Counted from the stretch's first letter, positions 40,691 through 57,593 are shown. The stretch is DNA of 64,000 bases from Octopus vulgaris (GCA_951406725.2 OX597819.1:52204001-52268000), one strand, 5' to 3'. Program-made: numbers and translations. The notes: a model not told the origin generated them from the sequence alone.

Positions 40691-41314
40691 AAAGAAAAAG
40701 AAACAGAGTAAACGAAAGCGCAAAAACAGACGAACGTAAACAAAAAAAAACAACATACACCCATATTAGAAGAGATAAAGCTTATACTATATAGCAAAGT
40801 ATGAACGACCTGTACACATACAGACATGAGGGCAGACGGGAGTGCAGGAAAAAAAAATGACATGCAATAACTATGACTCAATGATTATAAAATAAGAAGC
40901 ACAGTTGCTAATATGGCAGGATTCAATGGGAGGGAGGGGGAAAAATCGTAAAACTTTGAACAATAGGCAAGATAAAAGATAAAAGAAGTAAGTCGCCAGC
41001 AGTAAGTTTGTTTTTTTTTTCTTGTTTTTTGTTTTGTTTTTGGCTAAGATGACATAGAAGGAAAGGCTGCTTTCATTTCTAATGCTTTCAAAAAAAGCAG
41101 ACGACCATTGTAATTATTAGATAAAACAAGACAATTATGAAATAAAGGAAAAGTTAGCAAATCTTTTTAATATTATCTAATATATTTTCCTTTCTTTTTC
41201 TCTGAGTTACTCTCTGTGGGTTTTTTTTTCAAAAATTGGGTATTTTTTCTTTCTCATGGACGTGTGTCTCTATTCCCCTCACTCTCTCCAAATATTTCTC
41301 TTTATCTATCTATC

Positions 41315-41454
<140 letters not shown>

Positions 41455-41764
41455 TACATTTATATACATATATATATACATATATATATCTTTCTTTCTT
41501 CCTTCTTCTTTCTCCCCACCTCTCTCTCTCTCTCTCCTTCATCTCCCTCTGTGTCTCACTATTCATAATTTACTTCCTGTATACACATCCAAACACGTAC
41601 ATAGGCATGTGTGTATGTGTGTATGCGTGTGAGATGTAATATACACATACACACACCAATATTCTTGTCTCTTTTGTCTGAACTTTCGTTTATTCTCCCC
41701 CACCCCACTCGTGGTCTTTCCATATTACTCCATCTTGGTTTCCATTCTCTCTACATATATATCA

Positions 41765-41832
<68 letters not shown>

Positions 41833-42427
41833 ATATATATATCTATCAATTTGTCTATCTATCTACTTCCCGCTTTTCCCCTGTCTATCACTCTCCACTT
41901 CTCTCTAATAATGTCTTTTCACTCTTTCTCCCTCCCTCCTTCTCTCTCTCTCTCTAATCCTCCCTCCCTCCCTCTCTTTCTATTAAACTCTCCCTATTCC
42001 TCTCTCTTTCTCTTTCCTTCTCTCTATCTCCCCCTCTCTCTATCTCCGATCTCTCTCTCTCACTTCCTCCCTCCTCCCTTGTGATACTCCTTTCTCCTGT
42101 CTCTCGTCTCCAGTCTCCTACTAACAACAAAATCTTTAAAGTAAAGAACAACAAAACTAAAACAAACAAAATCAAACATAATAAAAAAACTACAACAACA
42201 ACAACAACAACAAGCAACTTCAGCAGTGGCAGCAGCAAGAGCAAAAAAAAAATGGTGGATCTTTCCACGCTAATGCACTTAGTGTCTTTGAGAGAAGGGA
42301 ACTAGCATCTTTAATTGTTGTTGCCATGGTGATCGTGTTCTTTGGATTGCTTCTCTGCTGTATGCATGTGGTGAATGCGTATAACATTGTGTATATAAGT
42401 ACACAGTATGTGTATGACTTGTTCTTT

Positions 42428-42479
<52 letters not shown>

Positions 42480-43311
42480 TGGTAATGCATAAGTATACAG
42501 ACACACACACACGCACGCACATATATATACACACATATACATATACATATACACGCATGTATATATTTATGTGTGTGTATATATATATGACATGACATAT
42601 TTACATATATATGTGCACGCATATATAGGTTTACGTGTGTATATATATGATATATATATATATATATATATACACATGTGTATACATATATATATTACAT
42701 ACATATAATATATATATGTATATATGTAATGTATATATATACATATATATATATGCATATGTTATATATAATACATATTATATATATGTACGTATTTATA
42801 ACTACATATATATACATACACATATACATACATATATATACACACACACATACATATTTATATACATATATACATATACATACGTACATACATACATATA
42901 TGCACGGACATACACAGACACGTACACGCATGCACAGGCACACACACGCATACACACAGGTACACATAATCCTCTCTTTCACACACATCAACCTATAGAC
43001 AACACATAAATTCGCTACCAGGCATTCTCACGTTTAAATAGACCCAGAACATGTTTTTACATGATGTGTACGCCTTACATGCATGCGCACTGGCATGCAT
43101 TTATGCTACTATGTTATTCCTGCATGCGTTTATCAATGCATATATATATATATATATATATATACACACGCACGCAAACATACATACATACATACATACA
43201 TATATACATATATGTACGCATGTATATATATGTATATGTATGTATGTATGTATGTATTTATGTATTTATGTATGTATATGTGTACGAATGTATGTATATA
43301 TATGTATGTGC

Positions 43312-43355
<44 letters not shown>

Positions 43356-43370
43356 GCATGTATGTATATA

Positions 43371-43426
<56 letters not shown>

Positions 43427-43576
43427 TGTATGTATGTATGTATGTATGTATGTATGCGTTCTTGCATAGAGATGCAAGAACGCACCTACCTCTGTCTGTA
43501 TATGTATTTAACTATATCTATATATATGCAAAATTATTTTCACCTGTATGTAATTTCTGTATGCTTTTATCAATGC

Positions 43577-43639
<63 letters not shown>

Positions 43640-43662
43640 CACATTCATATATGTATACACAC

Positions 43663-43693
<31 letters not shown>

Positions 43694-43729
43694 TGTACTT
43701 ATGTACATATACATATATGTACTTATGTA

Positions 43730-43765
<36 letters not shown>

Positions 43766-44238
43766 TGTATGTATGTATGTATACGAGACTGTATGCATGG
43801 GAAAAGAGAATAATTCACCTGCTTGTGTTCGCGAGCGTGCTCTTCACAAACGTACACAATTTCTTTCACATCCATCCATCCATCCATACATACATACATA
43901 CATACATACATATACATACATACATGTATATATATATGCACACACACGTACATACATATACATACATATATATGCATATATACATGAATACAAATGCGAA
44001 TGAATATGCGTACAGTTGTATGAGCTCATATATATTTATGTACCTATGAATGCATACTATTCATAAAAATATACATATACGCCTGATTAAAATATACGCA
44101 CGCATTAGCACTCGCGATATATTTTTTATATTTTAGTGTGCATATTTGTGCATGAGTTCATAAATATGCATTAGATTTGTATAAATGAAAATATGTGTAT
44201 ATATCTAAGAATGAATATGTGTTTGCGTGTGCGTCTGT

Positions 44239-44301
<63 letters not shown>

Positions 44302-44384
44302 TACGCATATATGTATATAAATGTATATATATATCCATACACATACATACATATATACATGTACATATATGTATGTGTATGAAA

Positions 44385-44433
<49 letters not shown>

Positions 44434-44665
44434 GCATGTTACTTCATGTTGAGTGAATGAGAGAGGAGTGCTCAATATATGTCGTAGAGGATGTAATTTT
44501 CTTTCTTTTAAAATTCTGACTAAGAGTTTGTCTAATGACAAGAATGTCTTGCGACTGCAATATTTTCGTGAATCTCGAGTCACGAGACAAACGATCAGCT
44601 TCAGTTTCAATTATATATATAAGTATAATAAAATATAGTAAAATACAATATATGCATCTACACAC

Positions 44666-45262
<597 letters not shown>

Positions 45263-45487
45263 CATTTTTAAATAAGGAAACTTACCTCATTGAAAAAAAT
45301 ATAAATCAAAACCTAACCACGTGTAACATTCTATTTTTTCTAAACCAAATCATGTTAAATTAATAAAACCTAGTCATTCCTAACATTTTTTATTATCTCC
45401 TTTATACCGAAAAAATCCCTGATTACTTTCCTCTGTCCGGAACTCCATATCTCACAACATAGCGTAGAGATGACACAATATAGGTAA

Positions 45488-45533
45488 AGAAATTTGAGAA
45501 ATTTGGAAAGAAAATACGAAACCGGTTATTTCT
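45488..45533 (+). ncRNA. PLE 3' hammerhead motif, U3-A8 variant
   Basis: agaaat TTGAGAA [weak stem II] GAA accggt T atttct; 6-bp stem I; downstream of the endonuclease fragment in the same sense. Confidence 0.55.
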
Positions 45534-45716
45534 CCCAAAACAATGTTACTATACGCAAAATTTTATAACATTTTTCTAACATAGCAATTTTAATATATTT
45601 TTTAACTATATAACACAAGCCTTCTGTAGTTTCTTCATTCTATTTTGTCTTTTATGCATCCAACCATGTGCTTTCACATACCAACTCTCTCACCTATATA
45701 TGTGTGTGTGTATATA

Positions 45717-45752
<36 letters not shown>

Positions 45753-45819
45753 TGTATGTATGTATGTATGTATGTATGTATGTATGTATGTATGTATGTG
45801 TGTGTGTATGTATGTATAT

Positions 45820-46455
45820 ACCATGAGTGCTTCTGGTAACATGAAATGCAGTTCCAATTTAACCGGTATCCCCACTAGGCTTGTCTGGTGAGGGTGGTTG
45901 CTAAAAACCCAGGAGGACTAAAAAACAAGACTTACCAAAGGACGGATGAACCTAGTGTGGGCTCAGCGATAAAAAAGGTCCTCAGAAATTCCGGTCTAGC
46001 GACCGACGTGCATGAAGACCATTGGGAGTGAGGCACTCCTTCGCCTTTGTTAAGGCGTGTCTCTAGGCGAAGTCACTCTGATTTAAAACCAGATATGCAG
46101 GGAATGTCATTTAACATTTTGGGTATCTTTTGCTTGCGCTTGAGATCATGGCGCCCCAACATTCCTGAACCTGCGACCCATATCGACACAGGATCAAACC
46201 AACGTGGTGTAGAGGGTCTGTGAGGAGCTGTGCAAACCTTATTGGACCTAAAATTTTCGGTTGTGCAATCACCGGCTAGGCGACAATCCGATGCCTGGTC
46301 CAGTGCCGCGGCTAGCGTAGAAACCGCAGGTACGAACTCGGGTGAATCTAATTGCTGCTGCAAAACATGCACGAGTGTTGCTGGTGTTTTGCCTGGGCAA
46401 TATTCAGTGACGGTCGTATTCGGTCACGAGTGGACATCCATCACCTTTTGTGTAC
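45820..46455 (+). mobile_element. Possible RTE-type LINE 5' region
   Basis: GC-richer block between microsatellites containing actctgatttaaaacc, a motif I recall from RTE 5' UTRs; no coding motif seen. Confidence 0.3.
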
Positions 46456-46559
46456 AGCTATAAATATATGAATGAATATGCATATACATCCATACATCCA
46501 GCAGCACCACACAAGCACACACACACGCACACACACGCAAGCACACACACACACACACT

Positions 46560-46606
<47 letters not shown>

Positions 46607-46798
46607 CTTTTTTTGCTAGTTTATTTTGTCTCTCTGTCTTCTCTCCTAGCACTGTGGCTTTAGGGTCAGGGTTTTGACTGCTATTTCAGCATGGTGGTAT
46701 CTCTCAGTTACCTTAATTTTAAATAATCATTACCTTTGTAGGCTATTGATTTCCATGCTGGCGACTTGACAAGATCGATATTTAAATATCGATATTAT

Positions 46799-46834
<36 letters not shown>

Positions 46835-46839
<5 letters not shown>

Positions 46840-47605
46840 AATTGAGATAGGGGTTGTGAGTGCAACCCACCATGGGATAACATATATCCAATATACTGCC
46901 AGTAAAGCACCCAACAAAGTTAATACATAAATGTTAAGAATTGCGATGCAATTAATTCATTTATTGTATTATATGGGCAAAGGTAAAATGTTTTACCACA
47001 AATTAATAATACAAAATAAGAAAATGGAGAAATACACCTTAATCAATAATCAACTACCAGATAATACCCAATCACATAATTTATTAACCCACTACATATG
47101 AACATCAAGGTCAAACAAAATAGTACAGAACAAAACAATGCACATCAATGAGTAATATGATACAATAAGTAGAATATGTATAAGTGAATATAAATAAATA
47201 TAAATATAAATATAAACTACATCTTACAGCTGTTTCAGCCATGTAGATATGGGTATCACATTATGCTCATATTAGCCAGGTGTGATAAGTTAATATATGG
47301 TTATACATGAGACAATCACAAAAATATCCCAAGGTCTCTTCAGAGATTATAAAGTACAATCTAAATATGAATATCAGAGGAGGTACACCCATACAAGAGT
47401 GGGTACATACCCATAATATATAATATACACATACATATGAGTCAATATATCCTTGCTCATATATATATATACACATATACATAATAATATACAACAATAT
47501 ACATACATATATTCTATATTCAAGGTTACAGTTGGTCATATATTCACTTATACATATTGTACTTATTGTATCATATTACTCATTGATGTGCATTGTTTTG
47601 TATAT
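46835..47605 (-). mobile_element. (TA)n-flanked PLE-type unit with ~65-bp inverted repeat around an HHR
   Basis: ~47127-47191 pairs with ~47539-47602; HHR at 47221-47347. Confidence 0.65.
47221..47347 (-). ncRNA. Type-I hammerhead motif with long stem-II insertion
   Basis: Minus strand: atct CTGAAGA gacc [~95 nt] ggct GAA acagctgt A agat. Confidence 0.6.
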
Positions 47606-48558
47606 ATACATATACGCACACACATGTTTCAGCAGACTCTAGCTTTACCTTATAGTCATAAGCACTAATCGTTGGCGTTTGCACAGAAATACACTTCAGT
47701 GTGTTTGATGCATGTGTGTGTATATGTATGTGTGCGCGCGCGCATGAATGCGTGCATGCGTGTGTGTGTCTGTGTGAATATTGTAAGTGCGTACGTGTGT
47801 GTATATGCGTGTGTATTTGTGTTTGTATATGCATAGTATATATATCTCACCGGCGAGAAAACCGTAAAAATTGTGCAATTTTCAACGAAGTACACCTTGA
47901 TACACATTCACTATAGAGTTACAGACATTCACTCTATTGTAACTCTCACTGTCACAAATATAGTAAAGAAATAATTACTCTTTGATAAGTTATAGGCACC
48001 GACGACGCTATTGTTCACCTATTCTTGTGATATTTAATGCTATTTAATGAAAGACGAAGAAGGAAGGAAGGAAATACACTCTACCCCTGAAACGAAAAGA
48101 TGGCTGAAACACATCCCCACCTCCACCTTCACTACTGCTATGGGCGCAGTCTGATTAGACACGTGATGAACTGCCTTAAGTACCCAGCTGGTAAGTTATT
48201 AATTAAATAATTAATTAATTAATTTCTTCCCTTAATTACGTGAATTATCTTGTTTTTCTTTACATTTTTTGTTGCTTAATTTTTATCACACTAAAATTCT
48301 TTAAAGAAACTATAAATATACATACATATATATATACATACACACAAACACACACACACATACACACACACACACACACACAAACACACATCTATTCATA
48401 ATACAAACGTTTACTGTGAGCACATGCATGCACACAACATACAATTGTCTCTGTCTGTCTGTCTCTCTCTCTCTCGTTATATACATATGTGTGTATTGTA
48501 TATATGTATATGTGTGTATACATATATATATATGTGCATATATATATGCAAACACACA

Positions 48559-48619
<61 letters not shown>

Positions 48620-48681
48620 GCATATATATAAATGCATATATATATATAACTACATATATATATGCATATATATATATATAC

Positions 48682-48724
<43 letters not shown>

Positions 48725-49480
48725 TGTATACATATACATATATATACATATATATATACATATAGATATATATATATATACGTATATAAATACATATATA
48801 TATACATATATATCCATACATATATTCATATATATGCATACAATGACAATAATACTAGCAAGCATAGATATTTGAGTAGACGCGTGCATGCGTATGTGTA
48901 TGTGTGTGGTATGTGTTCGTGTGTAAGTATGTGTGAGTAGAACTGTATACACACTTCTACAGTAGAAGTACACAGAATGCCAGGCATATAGTCTATACCT
49001 AAACTATTGAAAATGCGTATTTGTATACCTGTGCTTATCTGTAAGCGTGTGAAAAAAAAGACAAAAGAGAAAAGGAGCGGACGAGAGAAGGCAATTGTGT
49101 GTACACGTGTTATCCTTTTAATAATTTTAATTCTTCCAATGAAAAGGGCTCACTTCTAAAAAAGTTCAATCGCTAGAATTTACATTACAACCATGGTGAA
49201 GAGGTACATCTTCAAATTTTATAAAACTTCTCATGTTTATACTGTTCTGTCAACAGCTTGTATATACAGGTGTTAGCTGATTATTTAAGAATTTTAAAAA
49301 AATGTGGTCTGCAGTTATTCTTAATGCGTACCGGTGGACTCGAACATGATTATGCTTTTCGCTGTTAGGTTTTCCCTGTGTTGTGCGTACATAATGGTTT
49401 AATATCAGCCTGGTTGGCTTCAGCCAGAATCATTAAATATTTTGCTTGCTGAATTCTGTAGCTACGAACGATTGTTCTTG

Positions 49481-49549
49481 TCTTCAGAGATAAAGACAGT
49501 GTCTCTTCGGAGATAAGGACAGTGTCTCTTCAGAGATAAGGACAGTGTC
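49481..49549 (+). repeat. 23-bp tandem repeat x3
   Basis: Variants of tcttcagagataaggacagtgtc, head-to-tail. Confidence 0.9.
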
Positions 49550-50189
49550 TCAAACTGAGGAAACATAAGTATGCCAAAACATCGGTGTCTCAAAGTGTCC
49601 TCCGTGTCACTGAAACGTGAGCCGTCAATGCACATCGTCTAAAGGGATAAATTGTTCCCGGAATATATAAATATATGTGTATATGTTTGTGCGTGTGTGT
49701 GTGTGTGTGCGTGTGTGTGTGTGCGTGTTTGTGTGTATGTGTGCGTGTGTGTGTGTGTGTGTGCGTGTGTTTGTCTGTCTGTCTGTTTGTCAATCTGTCT
49801 GTTTATCTGTCTGTGTGCGACACCAGCGCTGATTAGGCTCTGAGATTCTATGTATATCGCTGACGTAGAAACTGTTGTTGTCTCTAGCTTCGAGCGTCTA
49901 CCATTGACAAGGTCAAAGAAGGCCGAAATGACTCGATCTAGTAGTCCCAGCGGTGATAGTGTACGATTATCTGCCACTATCAATATAAACACGAGTGCTT
50001 ATATGCACCATATATGCATATGAGAGATTCTCTCAAAGTAAATAACGCAGAATTCTGTGTTCTAACAAAGCATCCATTTTTATGTGGAGATAAATATTGC
50101 CATTTGGTATATGTAAATATATATACAGAACATAAAATAAGAACAATAACATCTCCGGTGTGTTTATTTAGCAAAGCAAATTACCAACC

Positions 50190-50605
50190 AAGGCGTAGGA
50201 GTGGCTGTGTGGTAAGTAGCTTGCTTACCAACCACATGGTTCCGGGTTCAGTCCTACTGCGTGGCACCTTGGGCAAATTGTCTTCTACTATAGCCTCGGG
50301 CCGACCAAAGCCTTGTGAGTGGATTTGGTAGACGGAAAAATGAAAGAAGCCCGTCGTATATATGCATATATATATATGTATGTGCGTGTTTGCGTGTCTG
50401 TGTTTGTCCCCCCAACATCGCTTGACAAACGATACTGGTGTGTTTACGTCCCCGTAACTTAGCGGTTCGGCAAAAAAGGGACCGATAAAATATGTACTAG
50501 GCTTACAAAGAATAAGTCCTAGGGTCGATTTGATCGACTAAAAAAGGTGGTGCTCCAGCATGGACACAGTCACAGGACTGAAACAAGTAAAAGAGAAAAG
50601 AGAGA
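50190..50605 (+). mobile_element. SINE family A, near-intact
   Basis: Full head, ccttgggcaa CORE-like segment, internal microsatellite and tail. Confidence 0.9.
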
Positions 50606-50875
50606 AAGAGAACCCGAAACACAACACTATTATACATTGTGTGTGCGTGTGTGTGTGTATGTGTGTGTGTATGTGTATGTGTGTGTGTGCGCGCGTGTGT
50701 AGCTATAAAATTAAAATTATATTAATCAAAGGAGACAATGAAGTGTCTACCTTCTAGACCACTAAAATTTACACTGAAAACAACAGATAGACCAGTACAC
50801 GGACAAGCGAACCGAAAAAGAACTCTCACAGAGCATTTTAGTATAAAGCTATATATTTAATGGAACAGGTATATA

Positions 50876-50934
50876 TGTGGACCGGTTTCTGGTTTGACAC
50901 GAAGTTCTTACCTTCCTCAGCACACCTTAACCGT
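50876..50934 (-). ncRNA. Type-I hammerhead motif, canonical core
   Basis: Minus strand: tgtg CTGAGGA aggt...acca GAA accggt C caca. Confidence 0.65.
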
Positions 50935-51049
50935 TAGAAACATCACCCCAGTCCGCCACGTTGAAATCTGCTGGCGTCCTTAATTGCTTAGCGCCAAAAT
51001 GTGGACTACCTCGGCGTGAAAATTACTAATCAGCAGAAAAAATATTCAG

Positions 51050-51093
<44 letters not shown>

Positions 51094-51149
51094 TATTCAA
51101 TTCTGATTTTTTGAATATGTGTGTGTGTGTGTGTGTGTACATATTCTTT

Positions 51150-51685
<536 letters not shown>

Positions 51686-53015
51686 ACAAGCATGAACCTA
51701 TGTATGTATGTATGTATGTATGTATGTATGTATGTATGTATGTATGTATGTGTGTATGCATGTATGTGTGTGTCTGAATGTGTAGTGGTTAACACAGTAA
51801 TGCGATTTCGAATCCCACAGGCGGTGCTACAATTACTTCCAACTTCTTATGTACACATACATAGATGAGATATATATATAGGCAAAGAGTGTGGGTAGGT
51901 GTATGTAAAAAGAGGGAAACACAGTAAGAGAAATATTTATATAATTAAAGTAATAGTTGTATGTATGTATGTATGTGTGCGCATATGTGTGTGTGAGAAT
52001 GTGTATGGATATATATATATATATATGCACAAGCACACATATCTAAATATATAAATATATACCAATATGTGCGTATATGTTATATATGTATGCATGCATT
52101 AATGTATGCATAAGTGTATCTGTGTGTGCACATACATAAACATACATCAATAGATATGGATAAATATAAATATATGTGTGTGTATATATGTTTGTATAAC
52201 TATGTATACTTGTGTGCATATATGTGTGCGTATATACTTACATACCCACACACGTACGTGCGTGTGTGTACGCAAGGTGAAAGCAATATGTATGCATATA
52301 TGTATATATGTTTGCATGTATGTGTGTATGTATGTGTGTATGTATGTGTGTATAAGCGTATATACTTACATATGCTTATACATGAATACGTGCATGCATA
52401 CATACATATATACATACATATATACATATACATACATATTGCTTTCACCTCGCATATACACACATGCACGCATGCACACACACACATACACACTCACGCA
52501 CATTCTATATAAACACGCATACATTATCGCTAATCTACCAAACACAGCTCGAGAATCACTTTCGATAAGTAATATAATTTCTGTTAATAAAACACAATTC
52601 ATTTGTGACGGTGGCTTCGGATTATCTGCAGCACTGGCCACCACTTTTATTCCTTGTAATCGCCTTATCAGATAAACAAACTCTTTGGAAGATTTGAGCA
52701 AAAGAAAGGAAAGTAAGAAGGAAAGAATAAGACAAAGAGACCGGAGAGAAAATGGCGGAAACAAAATGAAGGAAAAGTGATTTGGCAAAGAGCGAACATC
52801 TTGGCTTCTTTCGCTCTCCCCCCTGCCCCGACTTCGCTTTATTTTTTTTTCTTTTGCTTTTTTCTTTTATTTTTATTTTTCTTTCTACTTAACTCCATAC
52901 CTACACACAAGACAACGCAAAGCATCTCTCCCAGCCAAACCTCACCACAAACCTCCAAATTTCAAATCATCTTTATTATTGTTATTGCTGTACTTCTTGT
53001 AGTTGCTGCCGTTTT

Positions 53016-53082
<67 letters not shown>

Positions 53083-53099
53083 TTATTTATTCATTATAT

Positions 53100-53288
53100 T
53101 ATTATTTTTGTTGTTGTTGCTGTTGCTGCTGCTGTTGTTGTTGTTGTTGTTATTGCTGTTGATATCGTTATTGTTATTAGTAACGTGGTTCCTGCTACTG
53201 TTTATCACTGTTGTAGTCGTTATCATCATCATTATCATCATCATCATCATCATCATCATCGTCATCATCATCGTCATCATCGTCGTCG

Positions 53289-53335
<47 letters not shown>

Positions 53336-53528
53336 GTCGTCGTCGTCGTCGTCATTATTATTTTATCAAACCATGTTGTATTTCCTACAGTGTACCCTCT
53401 GATCAATGAAGAAACTGGTATTGTTGTTATTATCATCATCATCGTCATTATCATTATAACCAAAATTAGTAGTAGTAGTAGTAGTAGTAGTAGTAGCAGT
53501 AGCAGTGTAGCAGCAGCAGCAGCAGTAG

Positions 53529-53561
<33 letters not shown>

Positions 53562-53563
53562 TC

Positions 53564-53594
<31 letters not shown>

Positions 53595-53627
53595 CAACAG
53601 CAGCAGCAGCAGTAGCATTAGTAGTAT

Positions 53628-53681
<54 letters not shown>

Positions 53682-53702
53682 TAGTAGCATTAGTAGTATC
53701 AT

Positions 53703-53735
<33 letters not shown>

Positions 53736-53823
53736 TAGTAGTAGTAGCAGCAGCAGCAGCAGCAGCAGCAACAGCACCAGCTGTAATAGTAGTAGTAGTA
53801 ACGACAGTTGTTGTTTATTGTAC

Positions 53824-53873
<50 letters not shown>

Positions 53874-53889
53874 CTGGTGTTCTGGTGTT

Positions 53890-53924
<35 letters not shown>

Positions 53925-53930
53925 GTCGTC
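53100..53930. repeat. Compound trinucleotide array (GTT/CAT/CGT/GTA/GCA)
   Basis: Direct reading of the sequence. Confidence 0.9.
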
Positions 53931-54381
53931 GTCGTCGTAATCGTATGTAACGCCATCATTCCGAAAGGGTCTCGAATCGAATCTTTTAAATGGCTTTAAA
54001 AACCTCGACACCGAAACAAAGCCACCATGTTGTCTCTTCTGAAGACGAGATGGAAGGGAATGGTGATGAGAGCGGTGAGGTGAGTGGGGGGAGAGGATCG
54101 AGATAGTGTGGGGGGAGATTTTGATAATTTGCATTAGAGTGGAGGATGGGGAGGGGTGGAATGGGGGAGACGGGGGAGTCGAAAAGATGCGACGTTCTGC
54201 TGCTCCTGTTTTTCTAGATGTTGCTTTCCACCTCAACACTTCCGCTTCCGTTGAATTCTCGTTATTATTGCAGTTGTTCTCTTTGTTGTTGTTGTTGCTC
54301 TTGCGGTTGTTGTTGTTGTTATTGTCGTCATTGTCGCTGTTTTGGTGTCGTTTTTGCTCTCGTTGTTACTGCTGCTGCTTG

Positions 54382-54418
<37 letters not shown>

Positions 54419-54533
54419 AGTGGTGGTGGTGATGACGATTATGATGACGACGGTGGTGGTGGTGGCGATAACGGTTGCGATGGTGATGACGTTCGTATTT
54501 TAACTAGTTTGAACACTGGAAACAGAAAGTGAT

Positions 54534-54836
54534 ATACATACATACATACATACATACATACATACATACATACATACACATACATACATATACCCATACA
54601 TATATACATACATACACACATACGTACATACATACACACTTACATACACACATACATACATACATACACACACACATACATACATACACACACTTACATA
54701 CACACACACATACATACATACATACATACATACATACATACATACATACATACATACATACACACATACATACATACATACATACATATATACATACATA
54801 CATATATACATACATACATATATATATATACATACA

Positions 54837-54870
<34 letters not shown>

Positions 54871-55111
54871 CATACATATATATATATACATACATACATA
54901 CACACATACATACATGCATGCATACATACATACATACATACACACACACATACATACATACATACATACATACATACATACATACATACATACATACATA
55001 CATACATACATACATAAATACATACATACATACATACATACATACATACATACATACATACATACATACATACATACATACATACATACATACATACATA
55101 CATACATACAT
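54534..55111. repeat. Long (TACA)n-based array
   Basis: Direct reading of the sequence. Confidence 0.95.
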
Positions 55112-55504
55112 AGAGAGCGGGAGTGAGAGAGGTTGGGTGCAGAGGGAAAACTTGAGGTTGGTTGGCTTTAGTTTTGCTTTTGGAAACCATTCTCCATTAT
55201 CGGATTTGCTGGATTTCCAAAATTTCTGCTTAGAGTTTTAGATGTTTGAAGGTGAATTTACCGCTAATATTTACCACCAGAAACAATGTGAGAACCAGCG
55301 AGACAGTCCTACTATCTCCACCACCTCAGCCGCCTACGCCAACCATCAGCACCAATACCAACACAACGAACCACTGAAAGGGTCGTTCCGTGGTTGTTTG
55401 ATCTGTTAGAAATAGCAGCCAAATCTTCAGATCACACCACCTGTTGTGGTCGTTGTTGCTTTTTTTTTGTTGTTGTCTCTGATGTTGTTATTGTTATTTC
55501 TATT

Positions 55505-55693
55505 GTTGTTTCAGTCATTTGATTGCGACCATGCTGGAGTCCCGCCTTGAGTCGAGCAAATTTACCCCAGGACTTATTCTTTGTAAGCCTAGTACTTATT
55601 CTATCGGTCTTTTTTACCGAACCGCTAAGTTACGGGGACGTAAACACACCAGCATTGGTTGTCAAGCGATGTTGGGGAACAAACACAGACACA

Positions 55694-55764
<71 letters not shown>

Positions 55765-56034
55765 GTGGAGGCGCAATGGCCCAGTGGTTAGGGCAGCGGA
55801 CTCGCGGTCGTAGGATCGCGGTTTCTATTCCTAGACCGGGCGTTGTGAGTAATTTATTGAGTGAAAACACCTAAATGCTCCACGAGGCTCAGGCAGGGGG
55901 TGGTGATCCATGCTATACTCTTTCACCTCTCTTTCTCTCACTCTTTCTTCTGTTGGCCTGCTCGCTTAGCCAGCGGGGAGGCGAAGACATTGTGACCAGC
56001 GATGTGTAGCAACATCTGATGGTCTGGTCGGTCG

Positions 56035-56102
<68 letters not shown>

Positions 56103-56263
56103 GACGAGCTTCTTTCAGTTTCCGTCTACCAAATCCACTCACAAGGCTTTGGTCGGCCCGAGGCTATAGTGGAAGACACTTTCCCAAGGTGTCACGCAGT
56201 GGGAATGAACCTGGAACAATGTGGCTGGTAAGCAAGCTACTTACCACACAGGCACTCTTGCGC
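55505..56263 (-). mobile_element. SINE family A containing a nested family C SINE (55768-56040, plus)
   Basis: Same architecture as 33842-34590. Confidence 0.85.
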
Positions 56264-57162
56264 CGGTGATTGTAGTAGAGTAGTAGTAATTGTTATTATT
56301 ATTGTTGTACAGTTCTAGATCAGCTGTGTTCGTGCAGCGTAGTGAGAAGGAGCCTAGAGCCCCCTTCTCATTACATTGCTATACCACACAAGTAGTTTCT
56401 GTCGCGTAACCCAAGGCTAGCTTTCTTAAAGAGGTCTTATGACACACAGGTGATCATTGCGTAACCACACTCTAACTGATTTATGTCATGCAGGTTACTG
56501 TGTAGTCCCCAGGTCAGTCCAGTTCAAGAAATCCTTTGACACAGAAGTAATCAATCGAACAACAACTGGTGATCCATAGTATACATTATATGGTCCTCCA
56601 CCGACTAGCATGTATGTAAGTATGTATGTATGTATGTATGTATGTATGTATGTATGTATGTATTTATGTATGTATGTATGTATGTATGTATGTATACACA
56701 TATATACATAACAGAATAACGAAAGTAGCTATACACAATATAAACCTAAAGAGGAAAGATCCAGTTGTCACTAGTCATGACTTAATTGTGACTGAGGTTA
56801 CTGGGTATATATAATAAATGCACTAACAAATGGTAAACAGACACAGAAGGTCACCAAATCCGCATCGGTTATGAGCCAAAAGGGTCAAACGCAATTTCAC
56901 GCCTTCAACGATAATATCGTTCCCCTTCTGGTGGAGTCGGCAGTAAGAAGCCGTGGGGAAATGATGAGCGAGCGAACTAGGAGCCAAACATGACAGAAAG
57001 TAAACAAACAAACAAAAAATAAACTAACATGCAATGCAGAAAGTGAACACAAAAACAAGAAATAAATGTGATTCAAGATGAGACCATTAATAGATGCGCA
57101 AAAGACAAAGGCGAAAACAAACAAGTCGAAATGTGTTGCACGTACGCATTCGTGCTTGTTTT

Positions 57163-57218
<56 letters not shown>

Positions 57219-57246
57219 TACAAAGATGCACAACTTACAACTTGAT

Positions 57247-57523
57247 AATTTAGTGGCGGCTGATAGACCCTTGGTGTGTGCCGCAAGAACTGGCTAGCTG
57301 ATAGACCCATGGTGTGTGCCGCGAGAACTGGCTGGCATTTAAATGCGATTGGTCTTCTATTTGACTGTATCTCTGATCTGTTGTTCATGGTTGGCTGAGA
57401 TGCAGCCAAATGGAAGACTAATCGCATTTATATGCCAGCCAGTACAATCTAATACCATTCATAGCAGTCCGACAAACGTGCTCCCGCAGCACACACCATG
57501 GGTCTATCAGCCACCACTAAATT
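57247..57523. mobile_element. Foldback/MITE-like palindrome with a tandem duplication in the left arm
   Basis: aatttagtggcggctgatagaccc... versus ...gggtctatcagccaccactaaatt; inner arms 57327-57375 and 57397-57442 also pair. Confidence 0.8.
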
Positions 57524-57593
57524 CAAACCACGAAGAACAGAAAAGATGGCCTTGAAGTCGACGATTTTAAACTAATGGAGACAACACTCATAT

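Noticed and set aside
49481-49549. CRISPR-like 23-bp repeats
   Set aside because: Head-to-tail with no spacers, eukaryotic context, no cas genes.
52777-54532. Long poly-Ala/Ser/Val/Leu/His ORFs (up to 296 aa)
   Set aside because: Trinucleotide arrays open in several frames on both strands, with no domain.
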